A DNA stretch of 64,000 bases from an uncultured delta proteobacterium (GTDB taxonomy: Bacteria > Desulfobacterota > Desulfuromonadia > Desulfuromonadales > BM103): the NCBI GenBank assembly GCA_963715335.1, contig CAVQRZ010000001.1, forward strand, positions 32,001-96,000, written 5' to 3'. Position numbers and translations under genes: made by a program. A model generated the notes under the pieces. It ran no database searches. It was not told where the DNA came from and saw only the letters and a program-made list of their open reading frames with translations. Shown one piece after another: positions 30,629 to 41,842 of the stretch. Positions within the stretch are counted from its first letter, which is position 1, and each line of letters begins with the position of its first letter.

Positions 30629-30753
30629 TTCCCCTCCAAACAAAATAATTTTCACATATCAAGAGCCATATGGCCACACAGCAACAATTAATATCTAAGC
30701 GCTCTACTGCATTCTGAATTCTGCATCTTTGCGATACTGATTGCGCCCCAACA

Positions 30754-31731
30754 TCAGTTCCGCTTGAAAGCCTCCAGCAACCTCCTCGCCGCCGCGCTCG
30801 GCGTGGTCGTGCCATTCGCCACGGAATCCTGCACCTGCCCGAGCAGCGCTTCAACGTTGCGGTCGCGCAGAAACATTTCCTTGATGTCGTCGATCAGCAA
30901 GGTCCACATCCAGTCGTTGGCCTGCAGCCGGCGTTTCTTCTCGAGCTCGCCGCTCTGCTGCATGCGGTTGCGGAAATCCTCGATCGCCGCCCAGGCTTCG
31001 GCGATCCCTTCACCGTGCAGGGCGCTGCAGAGCATGGCCGGCACCTGCCAGTTGAGACTTTTCGGTTTGAGCATGTGCAGGGCGTTGGCATATTGCTGGC
31101 GGGCCAGTTCGGCCTTGGGGCGGTTGTCGCCCTCAGCTTTGTTGATCAGGATCGCGTCGGCGATTTCCATGACGCCGCGCTTGATCCCTTGCAGCTCGTC
31201 GCCGGCGTTGGGCAGCTGCAGCAGGAGGAAGAAGTCGACCATCGAGGCAACGGTGATCTCGGACTGGCCGACGCCGACCGTTTCGACAATGATCACATCA
31301 AAGCCGGCGGCCTCGCAGACCAGCATCGTCTCACGGGTCTTGCGGGCCACGCCGCCGAGGGTCTGGCCGGCAGGAGACGGACGAATGAACGCGTTGGTCT
31401 GGCGGGCCAGCTCTTCCATGCGCGTCTTGTCGCCTAAAATGCTGCCGCCGGAGAGCTGCGAGGAGGGATCGACTGCAAGCACCGCCACCCGATGGCCCTG
31501 TTCGAGCAGGTACATGCCGAAGGCTTCGATAAAGGTGCTCTTGCCGGCGCCGGGCACGCCGGAGATGCCGATCCGGATCGATTTGCCGGTATCCGGCAGG
31601 AGTTCGTCGAGCAGGGTGGTTGCGGCCAGGGAGTGGTCGAGGTTGCGGCTTTCGATCAGGGTGATCGCCTTGGCCAGGGCACGGACGTTGCCGGCACGCA
31701 CACCGCCAGCGATGTCTTGGAGTTTGATCAA
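30754..31731 (-). CDS. meaB: Methylmalonyl-CoA mutase-associated GTPase
   Basis: GVPGAGKST, AVDPSS..GGSILGDKTRM, ETVGVGQSE, GDELQGIK. Confidence 0.96.
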   Translation of the reverse strand: MIKLQDIAGGVRAGNVRALAKAITLIESRNLDHSLAATTLLDELLPDTGKSIRIGISGVPGAGKSTFIEAFGMYLLEQGHRVAVLAVDPSSQLSGGSILGDKTRMEELARQTNAFIRPSPAGQTLGGVARKTRETMLVCEAAGFDVIIVETVGVGQSEITVASMVDFFLLLQLPNAGDELQGIKRGVMEIADAILINKAEGDNRPKAELARQQYANALHMLKPKSLNWQVPAMLCSALHGEGIAEAWAAIEDFRNRMQQSGELEKKRRLQANDWMWTLLIDDIKEMFLRDRNVEALLGQVQDSVANGTTTPSAAARRLLEAFKRN

Positions 31732-31745
31732 ATGGAAAATCCCGG

Positions 31746-31812
31746 GAATCCAGTATTCAGAATTCAGTAGTCAGAACAGAGACCAAACTTCTGGATTCTG
31801 GATACTGAATTC
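31746..31812. repeat. Heptamer (AGAATTC/ATTCTGG-type) repeats, two inverted arms
   Basis: gaatccagtattcagaattcag ... ttctggattctggatactgaattc. Confidence 0.8.
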
Positions 31813-31845
31813 TTGATACAGAAGGGGCGGCATAGCCGCCCCCTA

Positions 31846-33990
31846 TCACTTCTGTTTCTCTTCGATCGCGTCGAGGGTCTGGGTGGCCGAGGTGACGATC
31901 GGGGTGCCGGGGCCGAAGATTCTGGCGGCGCCGGCAGCGTAGAGCTCATCATAGTCCTGGCGCGGGATAACCCCGCCACAGACGATGGCGACATCTTCGG
32001 CCCCCAGCTTGTTCAGCTCGGCGGCCAGCTGCGGGACCAGGGTCTTGTGCCCGGCGGCCAGGCTGGAGACGCCGACCACATGGACATCATTTTCAACGGC
32101 CATCTTGGCGGCTTCTTCCGGGGTCTGGAAGAGCGGTCCGACGTCGACATCAAAGCCGGCGTCGGCATAGGCGGTCGCCACCACCTTGGCGCCGCGGTCG
32201 TGGCCGTCCTGGCCCATCTTGGCGACCAGGATGCGTGGGCGACGCCCTTCCTTCGCGGCAAAAGCATCGACCCGCTTTTTCAGCTCGGCAAAATTCTCGT
32301 CGTTTTCGACCACGGACCCGTACGCTCCTGAGACAAGTTTGATCTCCGCCTTGTGGCGGCCGAAAACCTTTTCCATGGCATCGGAGATTTCCCCGACGCT
32401 GGCCCGCTGGCGGGCGGCCTCGACACAGAGGCCGAGCAGGTTCTGCTTGTCATCTTCGCACGCCGCCGTGATCGCGGCAAGCGCCTTCTGGCAGGCCACT
32501 TCGTCGCGATCGGCGCGCATTTTCTCGAGGCGGGCGATCTGCGACTTGCGCACTGCGGTGTTGTCGACATCGAGGACATCGATCGGGTCTTCCTCGGCCA
32601 GCTTGTACTTGTTGACCCCGACAATCACGTCGCGGCCGCTATCGATCGCCGCCTGCTTCTTGGCCGCCGACTCTTCGATGCGCAGCTTCGGCATGCCGGA
32701 CTCGATCGCCTTGGTCATGCCGCCCAGGCCGTCGATCTCGGCAAGGATCTTTTGCGCCTCTTCGATCAGCGAAGCCGTCAGCGATTCGACATAGTAGGAA
32801 CCGGCCAGCGGGTCGACCACGTTGGTGACGCCGCTCTCCTCCTGAATGATCAATTGGGTATTGCGGGCGATGCGCGCCGAATGATCGGTCGGCAGGGCGA
32901 TCGCCTCGTCGAGGGCGTTGGTATGCAGAGACTGGGTGCCGCCAAGCACGGCCGCCAACGCTTCGAGGGTGGTGCGCACGACGTTGTTATAGGGATCCTG
33001 CTCGGTGAGGCTCCAGCCGGAGGTCTGGCAGTGGGTACGCAGCATCAGCGACTTGGGATTCTTCGGCTCGAACCGTTTCATCAGGTGTGACCAGAGATAA
33101 CGGGCGGCGCGCAGCTTCGCGGCCTCCATGAAAAAGTTCATGCCGATGGCGAAGAAGAACGAGAGCCGCGGCGCGAAGGAGTCGACGTCGAGACCTTTGT
33201 CGATCGCGGTCTTGACGTACTCGATCCCGTCAGCCAGGGTGAAGGCCAACTCCAGGGCGTTGTTGGCACCGGCCTCCTGGATGTGGTAGCCGGAGATCGA
33301 AATCGAATTGAAGCGCGGCATGTGCAGGCTGGTGTACTCGATGATGTCGGCGATGATCCGCATCGAAGGCGCCGGCGGGTAGATGTAGGTGTTGCGGACC
33401 ATGAACTCCTTGAGGATATCGTTCTGGATAGTCCCGGCCAGCAGTTCCTGGGCAACGCCCTGCTCTTCGGCGGCGACGATGTAGTTGGCCATGATCGGCA
33501 GGACCGCGCCGTTCATGGTCATCGACACCGAGACCTTGTCGAGGGGGATGTCGCCGAACAGGATCTTCATGTCCTCGACCGAGTCGATTGCCACCCCGGC
33601 CTTGCCGACGTCACCGACCACGCGCGGATGGTCCGAATCGTAGCCGCGATGAGTGGCCAGGTCGAAGGCGACGGAGAGTCCCTGCTGCCCGGCCGCGAGG
33701 TTACGCTTGTAGAAGGCGTTCGATTCTTCGGCCGTGGAAAAACCGGCATACTGGCGAACCGTCCAGGGCCGACCGGTGTACATGGTCGCCATCGGCCCGC
33801 GGGTAAAGGGCGCCAGTCCCGGCAACGAGCCGGTCGTCTCGAGCTGTTCAAGGTCTTCTGCCGTATAGAGCGGTTTGACCATAATCCCTTCCGGGGTCTC
33901 CCACTTGAAACCGGAGAGGTCGTCGGTCTTCTTTTCCTTTCTGGCCAGAGCTTCCCAGTCGGCCAGGGTCTTCTTGTCGAAACAGCTCAT
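31846..33990 (-). CDS. scpA: Methylmalonyl-CoA mutase
   Basis: [16 protein letters not shown]12 motif DGHDRG..SSLAAGH. Confidence 0.98.
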   Translation of the reverse strand: MSCFDKKTLADWEALARKEKKTDDLSGFKWETPEGIMVKPLYTAEDLEQLETTGSLPGLAPFTRGPMATMYTGRPWTVRQYAGFSTAEESNAFYKRNLAAGQQGLSVAFDLATHRGYDSDHPRVVGDVGKAGVAIDSVEDMKILFGDIPLDKVSVSMTMNGAVLPIMANYIVAAEEQGVAQELLAGTIQNDILKEFMVRNTYIYPPAPSMRIIADIIEYTSLHMPRFNSISISGYHIQEAGANNALELAFTLADGIEYVKTAIDKGLDVDSFAPRLSFFFAIGMNFFMEAAKLRAARYLWSHLMKRFEPKNPKSLMLRTHCQTSGWSLTEQDPYNNVVRTTLEALAAVLGGTQSLHTNALDEAIALPTDHSARIARNTQLIIQEESGVTNVVDPLAGSYYVESLTASLIEEAQKILAEIDGLGGMTKAIESGMPKLRIEESAAKKQAAIDSGRDVIVGVNKYKLAEEDPIDVLDVDNTAVRKSQIARLEKMRADRDEVACQKALAAITAACEDDKQNLLGLCVEAARQRASVGEISDAMEKVFGRHKAEIKLVSGAYGSVVENDENFAELKKRVDAFAAKEGRRPRILVAKMGQDGHDRGAKVVATAYADAGFDVDVGPLFQTPEEAAKMAVENDVHVVGVSSLAAGHKTLVPQLAAELNKLGAEDVAIVCGGVIPRQDYDELYAAGAARIFGPGTPIVTSATQTLDAIEEKQK

Positions 33991-34011
33991 CTTGAAATCC
34001 TTTCAGGATTT

Positions 34012-34083
34012 GGGGGCTGGAGGCTAGGGGTTGGGGGTTGGCCTTGCTTTTACCAGTCCCCAGTCCCCAGCCTCCAGCCCCCG
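34012..34083. repeat. Heptamer (GGGGCTG-type) repeats, two inverted arms
   Basis: gggggctggaggctaggggttggggg ... ccagtccccagtccccagcctccagcccc. Confidence 0.8.
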
Positions 34084-34086
34084 CAC

Positions 34087-34647
34087 TTAACGTGTGACAA
34101 TTGCCAAAACCTGGGTTTCGCCGTCACCACAGGCAAGCAGGCGATGCCTGAGTGTCGCATCGAAGTAAACGGCATCCCCCTCTTCCAGCAGGATGCGTTC
34201 TTCTTCAAGGAGGATTTCGGCCCGGCCCTTGAGCATCAGCAGGAACTCCTCGCCGTCATGGTTGTACAGGGTTTCTTCTTCCGGGCGACGCGCCACGGTG
34301 ACGACGAACGGCTCCATCTTCTTGTTGCGCTTGCGGAAGGAAAGGGCTTCATAAGTGTAGCCATGGCCGGTTCCAGCCACGGAGATAACCCGACTGACCT
34401 CGCGGCGTTCGGCTTTTCTGACGACTTCATACTTGCAATCGACTTCCTCTTCCTCGAAAAACATGCCGATCTTGACGTCAAAAAAACGGGCAATCTTCGA
34501 CAGGGTCGCAATCGGCGGGGAAACATTATTGTTCTCTATCTGGGAGATCAGCGCTGGAGAGAAACCTGTTTCGCGAGCCACGTCCTGCAAAGTCAGCTTG
34601 CGCGCCTTGCGTAACTCTTTGATCTTTGAGCCGATATTGTATTCCAC
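34087..34647 (-). CDS. XRE-family HTH plus cupin transcriptional regulator
   Basis: IKELRK..LTLQDVA..LISQIE..P.IATL; cupin H.GEEF..GDAVYFD..H. Confidence 0.93.
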   Translation of the reverse strand: MEYNIGSKIKELRKARKLTLQDVARETGFSPALISQIENNNVSPPIATLSKIARFFDVKIGMFFEEEEVDCKYEVVRKAERREVSRVISVAGTGHGYTYEALSFRKRNKKMEPFVVTVARRPEEETLYNHDGEEFLLMLKGRAEILLEEERILLEEGDAVYFDATLRHRLLACGDGETQVLAIVTR

Positions 34648-34740
34648 GGTTGACCTTTGCCAGTACTCCGGGTGAGTGATACAGAAAAAATAGAATAAGG
34701 TTTTAGAGCCTGTAGGATATACCTGATAGAGGGTGTAAAT

Positions 34741-34790
34741 GTCAATAAATATTTAACCATGGTAAAAAGCCGTTTATCTATATTAAACAC
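34741..34790 (-). promoter_or_regulatory. Promoter -35 plus palindromic operator, copy 1
   Basis: GTTTATCTATATTAAAC (34772-34788) starts 31 bp from the minus-strand TTGAC; same layout at 40430-40479. Confidence 0.7.
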
Positions 34791-35167
34791 ACGATTAGAT
34801 CGATTCGAGCGCGAATTATTGACCGTCGATTATCGTGCAGAACAGGGCCAGGGAAAAGTTGCCTGCAAACAGCTGGTTGCGTTTACCCCGAGCACCCGGT
34901 CGGGTGAGGAATTCGCCATCCTGAGAGCAGACGTTGTCTGCCTTGTTTAGAGTCAGGCCACTGCGGAGCACCGCTTGCCGGTCAGCGCGAAAGATCCTTG
35001 CTCCGCAGGTTACGGGTCCATGCCTTTAAGCGGCCGGCCTGAAAAATAGAACGGTGTCTTTCGCAACATCCTGTTTTGTCAGGTTTTTTCAATTTGATTT
35101 TACTCCGGCTTCCGTTACAATGGCACAAGATGTGAAACCTTTAATAGCCCGGTACGGAGGTGACGCC

Positions 35168-35374
35168 ATGAAATGCCCTGTGTGTAAGAGCCATCAAGCG
35201 CATACCGAGATCCAGGTGCATGCCAACGGTTTCGACGAGGATCTCTATCAATGCGATGACTGCGGCTCAACCTGGTCCGTCAACCACGGGCTGGTAGATG
35301 TTGTCAAGGACACCCAGAAAAGATCCTTTCTGGAGTCAAACGCAGAAGCCGTGGATGGTGCGGATAACAGCTGA
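35168..35374 (+). CDS. Small zinc-ribbon protein, 68 aa
   Basis: GGAGGT RBS; MKCPVC..CDDCG. Confidence 0.8.
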   Translation: MKCPVCKSHQAHTEIQVHANGFDEDLYQCDDCGSTWSVNHGLVDVVKDTQKRSFLESNAEAVDGADNS

Positions 35375-35593
35375 GGCTGGGGACTAGGGGCTGGAGGCTG
35401 GGTTAGAGGCGGTTGCTGGAGACTGGGGGCTGGGGGCTGTTAAAGGCAGGGGCTGGCTGCTGGGGACTGGGGGCTGGCTAAGGCAGAAGAAACCCAACAA
35501 CTAAAAACACAAGGCCGACAGGTTTCCCTGTCGGCCTTGCTCTTTGAAGGTTTATGTTTTAACTAGCCTCCAGCCCCTGACCCCCAGTCCCCG
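35374..35593. repeat. Heptamer (GGGGCTG/GGGACTG) repeats enclosing a terminator hairpin
   Basis: Many ggggctg/gggactg units at 35374-35478; hairpin AAGGCCGACAGG..CCTGTCGGCCTT at about 35511-35538; inverse arm at 35565-35593. Confidence 0.8.
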
Positions 35594-35596
35594 CCT

Positions 35597-38470
35597 TTAA
35601 AGTACATCCTGCAGGTAGGCTGCTGTGGTGGTCCGCTTCTCGGCTTCAATCAGCTTCGGATCAACTTCGACGAATTTCTCGTCGGGAGTCACCTTGAAAA
35701 TCGGCTGACCCTTCTGAACGATAACACCATCGCCGCCCTCGATCAGGATCTTGTCGATGGTTCCGGAGAAGGGGGCCGGGACCTTGTTGAACATCTTCAT
35801 GACTTCAAGGATGAACAGCGGCTGGCCCTTTTCAAAGTGGTCACCTTCATTGGCGAACTTCGGCATCCCGGGAGCTTCCTGGGCATAGTACATGCCACCA
35901 CCCGGGGTGACGATCTCGTCGGCCTTGGTCGCCGGTGGCGGCACCAGAATCTTCTTCATGGCCGCCTGCAGGTCCGGATCGTTGAGATAGTCGGGGATGG
36001 TGACTTCGAGATCGGCTTCGACCTTGAAATCGAAGAAATCCGTCCGGTCAGCGATCAGGAACAGCATCCCGAACAGTTCGTTACCAACTTCGTAGCCGAG
36101 GTGGGCGGCCTGAATCTTCGCCCAGGTTTCCTTGTCGAAACCCCCTTGCGGCTTTTCTTTGCCGAGGATGTCGTTGAGCTTGATGAACTCGCCCTTCTCG
36201 AGACCGAACTTGCCGCGCAGTTCTGCGTAGAAATCCAGGGCGCTCTGCAACAGATCGCGGTCGTGGGTCCAGATCACCTCGGCGGCCGGGGCGTCTGCAC
36301 GCCAGTTCATGTTGAGGTACTCGTAGGTTTCCTCGAGGATGACCAGAGGATTACGCAACCAGATCAGCTTGCCCTTCTCGAACTTGAAGTTCTTGCGGTT
36401 GATGCTGAGCCACCCGGCAAGCAGGTGCGGGTCAGCCAGCAGAAACTCCATCGGCCGGGTCAGCAGGGTCCCCTTGCGATCAAGTGTCTCGGAAATCGCG
36501 GACCTGATCTCCGGGTCATCGCCGTAGACCGAGCCGAAATGTTTCTTCATGGCCAGGAACGCGAAGACCACATCGAGCTTGCTGGCCTCTTCCTTGAGCT
36601 TGCCAACCAGGGTCAGGTAGGGGACCACGAAACGGGTGGTCGGCTTGGCCATAACGTTCTGGCCAAGGAACCAGTTGACCAGGCCGTAGTGGAATTCCAG
36701 GTTGGTCGCCAGATTGCTGCCACGCAAAACCGTACTGCGCAAAACCTTGGCAAGCTGTTCGTAGCTGTCGAGACGATCCTCCCCCTTGGTCAGCAACAGG
36801 GCGATATTCGAGTCGTAGGCGCCGGCCAGATGGTAGCGCATGAACTGGTTGGTGTCCGGGTTCTTGATGCAGATCCCCTGGTCATCACGGATTTCACCTT
36901 CGATCGGCGCCGACCAGTAGCGGACATAGCCGCCGGCACTCGGCGACAGGGAGCTGTCCGTCGCGTTGAGACGGGCTTCTGCACCGGCGCCGAAGCGCGG
37001 CAGGCGCTCGGGACGCGGCAGGCGCTCCTTGTGCCTGGCCAACAGAGCCATCGCCTCGACCAGCGACTCGACGATAAAGAAGTCTTTTTTGTTCTTCGGA
37101 TTGGTGAACTTCAGCTTGTAGACCAGCTCGGTAACGCGATGCTCAACCTGGATGCGGGTATTGACTTCCATGAAGTAGTGGCGATCACGGTCGACGATAC
37201 ATTCGAAGGTCGACGCCGAGTCAAGCCCGACCGCGATGCCGAAGCGCTCGGACTCCTCTTCCATCCGCTGCAGCACCTTGAGATCTGACTCCAGCGCTGC
37301 GGCCTGGGCCTTGAGCCCGGCTTTCTTGGCCTTCTTGATTTCTTCGGCCAGGGCTTCCTGGGTCACGGAGATTTCCAGCAATTTCTGCTCGTGCATCTGC
37401 AGCGAGCAGTCACGGCCGCCGAGAGCGATCGCCCACTCGCCGTTGCCGAGCAGCTGGATCTCGTTATGGCGGGTCTGTTCGATGTTCAGCTCGGCCAGAA
37501 CGTTCTTGTTGTCGCCGACACCGTTCGCCTTGACTTCAAGCAGGACTTCGCGGACCAGTTCCGGTGCCGTCGAGGCAGCCTTCCTGATCTCGGCATCGGT
37601 CGGGTTCTTTTTGGTCAGCAGGGAGGCGCCGAGGATGCGCTGGCCTTTGCCGCCGCCACCGCCGATCGCCTTGAGGCGGATCCGGGCACCGGGGTACTTC
37701 TTGAACATGTCGAAGCACTCTTTTTCAACCTGTGCACCGAGCTCATCCATGGTGAAGAGGTCGATCCCCTTGCCGTAGGACGCCATCAGGATATGATCGG
37801 CCAGCTCTTCCAGCGCGAGATTTTTATTGTCGAGCACCTCCTTGTCGCACTTGAGCCCTTCAGCCTTGACAACGGCCAGCAGCGCCGCGCGGCTTGGATG
37901 CTTGGCGACCAGGGTGCGGGAGGTCATGTTGTCGATACCAGGCGTTACCGAAACATTGACGCTCAGCGCGGTCCGCTTGGCCTCGTCCTTCTTGCCGGCA
38001 CCGCGCTGGGTGGCGGCACAGGGGCCGACGAACTTGAGGCCGGCATCCTCGATAGCCTGGACAAACTCGTCGTCCTCAGCCATGAATCCGTAACCGGCGA
38101 AGATCGAGTCGTAGCCGTTGTCATGGGCAATCTGGATGATCTGGCCGATCCGCTCGACGCGCTCTTCCTTGGAGGCCCCGGTGTAATCGGGCACGCGGTG
38201 CACGCGACTGTTGTCGGTCAACATGCGCAGCTCGGGAGAGAGCGCATTCGGATAAACAATCGAATCTTTCTCGGAGAGCAGGATGCCGTAATGGCTGATC
38301 CCCATCTCTTCGTAGACGGTCATCGCCTCGAGGCGAATCGGACCGCGGCAGACGATCAGCGGCTTGAGGTCTTCGCACGAGAAGGATCGGACCCACTCGG
38401 AGTCGGACTTGCTCAGGCGGCGATCGCGATGAATCAGTGGATTGTTCATGTAATTATCGTTTTGTGCCAT
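35597..38470 (-). CDS. Acyl-CoA carboxylase, fused biotin carboxylase and biotin carrier subunit
   Basis: GYGFMAE, GGGGKG, RDCSLQ..QKLLE, FMEVNTRIQVEH, biotinylation motif EVMKM. Confidence 0.93.
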   Translation of the reverse strand: MAQNDNYMNNPLIHRDRRLSKSDSEWVRSFSCEDLKPLIVCRGPIRLEAMTVYEEMGISHYGILLSEKDSIVYPNALSPELRMLTDNSRVHRVPDYTGASKEERVERIGQIIQIAHDNGYDSIFAGYGFMAEDDEFVQAIEDAGLKFVGPCAATQRGAGKKDEAKRTALSVNVSVTPGIDNMTSRTLVAKHPSRAALLAVVKAEGLKCDKEVLDNKNLALEELADHILMASYGKGIDLFTMDELGAQVEKECFDMFKKYPGARIRLKAIGGGGGKGQRILGASLLTKKNPTDAEIRKAASTAPELVREVLLEVKANGVGDNKNVLAELNIEQTRHNEIQLLGNGEWAIALGGRDCSLQMHEQKLLEISVTQEALAEEIKKAKKAGLKAQAAALESDLKVLQRMEEESERFGIAVGLDSASTFECIVDRDRHYFMEVNTRIQVEHRVTELVYKLKFTNPKNKKDFFIVESLVEAMALLARHKERLPRPERLPRFGAGAEARLNATDSSLSPSAGGYVRYWSAPIEGEIRDDQGICIKNPDTNQFMRYHLAGAYDSNIALLLTKGEDRLDSYEQLAKVLRSTVLRGSNLATNLEFHYGLVNWFLGQNVMAKPTTRFVVPYLTLVGKLKEEASKLDVVFAFLAMKKHFGSVYGDDPEIRSAISETLDRKGTLLTRPMEFLLADPHLLAGWLSINRKNFKFEKGKLIWLRNPLVILEETYEYLNMNWRADAPAAEVIWTHDRDLLQSALDFYAELRGKFGLEKGEFIKLNDILGKEKPQGGFDKETWAKIQAAHLGYEVGNELFGMLFLIADRTDFFDFKVEADLEVTIPDYLNDPDLQAAMKKILVPPPATKADEIVTPGGGMYYAQEAPGMPKFANEGDHFEKGQPLFILEVMKMFNKVPAPFSGTIDKILIEGGDGVIVQKGQPIFKVTPDEKFVEVDPKLIEAEKRTTTAAYLQDVL

Positions 38471-38526
38471 TGGTTATCTCCAAATCGAAACCTTGATTCG
38501 CTTAATGATCAATTAAATGCGTTCTG

Positions 38527-40251
38527 TTAATGGAACTCGCGCTGGACATCCTGCCAGGTTGACGGCTGATAGTGCCGCAGCAGGAAGTTCATGTTCTCAC
38601 CGAGGACCTTGCGCAGGTCGGTCGGCATAACCAGCGAGGAGATCGAACCAAGGGCCAGACCCTCTTTCGGGTTCATCAGTTCTTTTTCGTAGCGCAGGTT
38701 GAGTGCTGCTTCCTGGTTCTTCAGCCATTCCGCCGCTTCGGCTTCGGCATCCTTTTTCGCCTCGGCCCCTTCCACGCCAGCCTTGATGCGCGCCTGGGTT
38801 CCTTCGGCCACCATCTGCTTGATGGCGCCGCGGATCTTGCGCAATTCCGTCTTATAGACGAATTCCTTGCCGGCCGGGCCCATAACTGCCAGGCGCGTGG
38901 TCGGCAGAGCGAGGACCAGGTCCGCGCCGGTCGGGTAGTTGTTGAAGGAAGCATAGGCGCCGCCGTAGGCGTTGCGCAGAATCAGCAGAATCCGCGGGGT
39001 GCGCACATCGACGATCGAATCGAGCATCGAGCGACCGGCCTGGACGATGCCGCGGGCTTCCTGCTCACGGCCCGGGAGGAAGCCGGTGGTGTCTTCCATA
39101 AAGATCAGCGGAATGTTGTAGATGTTGCAGAAACGCACGAAACGGGCAATCTTGACCGCCGAGTCGCAGTCGATCTGCCCGGAGGACACGGCGCTGTTGT
39201 TGGCGACGAAGCCGACCACGTTGCCGCCGAGACGACCGAAGGCGGTGATTGCTTCCCTGGAGCGCTCAGACTGAATCTCAAAATAGTCGCCGTGATCGCA
39301 GATCTGCTGGATGATGATCGAGACATCGAACGGTGTGTTGAAGCCGGTCGGTGAGTTGAACGCTTTTTTCAGCAGGGTGTTGATCTCCCAGGTCTTGCGA
39401 TCAAGCGGATCGCTGGTTTCCTGGAAAGGCGCCATGCTGAAGTTGTTGTCAGGAAGGTAGCTGACCAGTCGTGACGCGGTCCGCAGGGCGGCGGTCTCAT
39501 CGGCGACGGTCAGGTCGGCGACACCGGAGGCGCCGTGCACCTTGGGGCCACCCAGCTCTTCCGGGCTGATGTCTTCGCCGAGCACGGACTTGACGACGCC
39601 CGGGCCGGTCAGACCGAAAAAGGTATCGTTCGGCTGGATAACGAAGCTCCCCTGCCGCGGCAGGTAGGAGCCGCCACCGGCATTGAACCCGAACATGCAC
39701 ATGACGGTCGGGACCACACCGCTGATCTTGCGCAGGGCGGTAAAGGCCTCCGCATAACCGTCGAGACCGCCGACACCGGCAGGGACATATGCACCGGCCG
39801 AGTCGTTCATGCCGATCAGGGGCAGACCTTTCTCACCGCACATATAAAACATACGCGCCAGCTTGTTGCCGTTGGTTGCATCGATGGAACCGGCGCGGAC
39901 CGTGAAGTCGTGGCCATAGACGCCGACATCGCGGCCGTTGATATTGAGAATCCCGGTCACCAGCGAGGCGCCGTCGAGATTCTTGCCCCAGTTCTGGTAA
40001 AGCACGTTCGGCTCTTCCTGGGTCAGGACCTTGATCCGCTCCCAGACGGTCATCCGCTTCTTGAAGTGCTGCTTCTCAATCTGGCCGACGGCAACGGATT
40101 TGATCGGGCGCTGGATCAGGTCGTAACCTTCCTGCATAACCTCTTCGTAGCCGCCGCGTACCCCGGCAACTTCACCAGGGATGGTGAACTCGACTTGTTC
40201 CGGTGGAGCAAATGGATTCTTCAGTGACGGTTTAATCGCTTTTTTGGCCAT
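38527..40251 (-). CDS. Acyl-CoA carboxylase carboxyltransferase subunit
   Basis: [38 protein letters not shown]. Confidence 0.93.
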   Translation of the reverse strand: MAKKAIKPSLKNPFAPPEQVEFTIPGEVAGVRGGYEEVMQEGYDLIQRPIKSVAVGQIEKQHFKKRMTVWERIKVLTQEEPNVLYQNWGKNLDGASLVTGILNINGRDVGVYGHDFTVRAGSIDATNGNKLARMFYMCGEKGLPLIGMNDSAGAYVPAGVGGLDGYAEAFTALRKISGVVPTVMCMFGFNAGGGSYLPRQGSFVIQPNDTFFGLTGPGVVKSVLGEDISPEELGGPKVHGASGVADLTVADETAALRTASRLVSYLPDNNFSMAPFQETSDPLDRKTWEINTLLKKAFNSPTGFNTPFDVSIIIQQICDHGDYFEIQSERSREAITAFGRLGGNVVGFVANNSAVSSGQIDCDSAVKIARFVRFCNIYNIPLIFMEDTTGFLPGREQEARGIVQAGRSMLDSIVDVRTPRILLILRNAYGGAYASFNNYPTGADLVLALPTTRLAVMGPAGKEFVYKTELRKIRGAIKQMVAEGTQARIKAGVEGAEAKKDAEAEAAEWLKNQEAALNLRYEKELMNPKEGLALGSISSLVMPTDLRKVLGENMNFLLRHYQPSTWQDVQREFH

Positions 40252-40429
40252 CTTTGATTCCTCTGTTCGCTAGAGTTTTTCAACCGGCCGGGCCAGGGCC
40301 CTGCCGGTTGACAGCTATATAAAAATCCACAACGACTGATTCGCTAAGGGAAGTGGAAATGCCCTGCAGCCGCCCACAGTAAAATAGGGTTTTATCCACC
40401 GCATGGGTATAGCCCATGTTACCAGTGAA

Positions 40430-40479
40430 GTCAATTAAAAATTTATTTTAGATAAAACCTGTTTACTTATATTAAACAC
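40430..40479 (-). promoter_or_regulatory. Promoter -35 plus palindromic operator, copy 2
   Basis: GTTTACTTATATTAAAC (40461-40477), same 31-bp offset from TTGAC. Confidence 0.7.
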
Positions 40480-40655
40480 CTATTTAGAGAACCTTTTTGA
40501 TTTTTCATAACTCCTTTCTGCGCAGCTCTCCAAACCGGGGTACCTACGCGAAATTACAGGCGTTGCATCACAATCATCCAGCGATTCGCTAGAGTTGACT
40601 TCGTCAAGAGGATTGCCGCATCATGTGGAATAAAGTATAATCAGTCGTTGCCTGA

Positions 40656-41759
40656 TTGTACTTAAGTAGAGCGGGGGCTTGCTTGTCGGATGTTTTTTCA
40701 AATTTTCCTGTCGGTGTGCAGCTCTGGCCGCAGGCCAAACGGCGCTCGCGACACCTGCAGGAAGGCTACAGCTTTTCCCTGCTGGAAAACTCCAGCGATA
40801 CCTATCACTTTTCCATTCTTGCCCGCCCTGAAAAGATCCAGGCTGCATTCAAGGATTTTGCCTACAGCATCCCCGACGAAGCTTTCTTCATTCTCGAGTT
40901 TTACACCACGGAACCGAACGCCAACGATCAGGATTCCCCAGCCCCGACGATTCACTATTCACCCTACATGCCGGTCAACGAAATCATTACCGCCATCGCT
41001 CCATACTGGGACCGCCTGATGCATGATGGTTTCGTCGGCTTCGGCCTGGCCAATAACCGCTCCAGCCAGGAAATGTTCTTCTCAGAGGAGAAGATTCTGA
41101 CTTTTTTCTCCGACAACCACCTGAAATTGACGCACCTGCTCAGCAAAGCCGGAATTCGTCATCGACCTGACCTGCTTCTGCATACTGAGCTCGGCCACGA
41201 CCACCTGTCCCTGCTCTGTCTGGAGCGGGAGAACCTGCCCCCCTGTCTGCAGGACTACAGTGATCGCGACCTTGACTACGCCTACTTCTGCCAGGAACTG
41301 GTCGACGAACTCGGCATGTACCCGGTCGAAGAGAGCCTGTCCTTTTTCTTTTCCCGGAATGAACAAAAGCTGATTGATGAGATCCTCAGCCGGCACCCTG
41401 GCTATGATGAAATCGCCGGCGACGATTTCGGCAGCCTGCTCCTCGACTGGAATGATTTTGTCCAGGAATGCTGCGGCGGTTTCGAGGGCGACCTGTGGGA
41501 GTACCGCATGGGGCTGCAGCTGCGCGATGTGCTGCATCAGGTCACCTCGTCCTGTGAAGATCCCCTCAAGAGTCGGATCATGGATGTCCTCAAGGAGCCT
41601 GACGAAAAGTTCCGTCAGCTTCTGATCGACCAGAGGAAGCGACTGGACGACCCGGGCAGAACGCCTGCGGAAGAACATTTCTGGTACAATGGCGTCATCG
41701 GCAATGCCGGTTATGAACTCCGCCGGGATCTGATCCGTCACGGCTGGTATAAACCTTAG
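40656..41759 (+). CDS. Hypothetical protein (start uncertain, possibly TTG 40683)
   Basis: Long ORF with host-like codon usage; no motif recognised. Confidence 0.75.
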   Translation: MYLSRAGACLSDVFSNFPVGVQLWPQAKRRSRHLQEGYSFSLLENSSDTYHFSILARPEKIQAAFKDFAYSIPDEAFFILEFYTTEPNANDQDSPAPTIHYSPYMPVNEIITAIAPYWDRLMHDGFVGFGLANNRSSQEMFFSEEKILTFFSDNHLKLTHLLSKAGIRHRPDLLLHTELGHDHLSLLCLERENLPPCLQDYSDRDLDYAYFCQELVDELGMYPVEESLSFFFSRNEQKLIDEILSRHPGYDEIAGDDFGSLLLDWNDFVQECCGGFEGDLWEYRMGLQLRDVLHQVTSSCEDPLKSRIMDVLKEPDEKFRQLLIDQRKRLDDPGRTPAEEHFWYNGVIGNAGYELRRDLIRHGWYKP

Positions 41760-41762
41760 ATG

Positions 41763-41836
41763 CGGGGGCTGGGGGCTGGAGGTCAGTGACTGGGAAATCC
41801 AGGTCTTTAACCCCCAGCCCCCAGCCCCCAGCCCCC
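41763..41836. repeat. Heptamer (GGGGCTG-type) repeats, two inverted arms
   Basis: gggggctgggggctggagg ... cccccagcccccagcccccagccccc. Confidence 0.8.
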
Positions 41837-41842
41837 GACCCT

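Noticed and set aside
34800..35050. c-di-GMP or cobalamin riboswitch near the mutase regulator
   Set aside because: Some stems are present but the consensus motifs could not be matched
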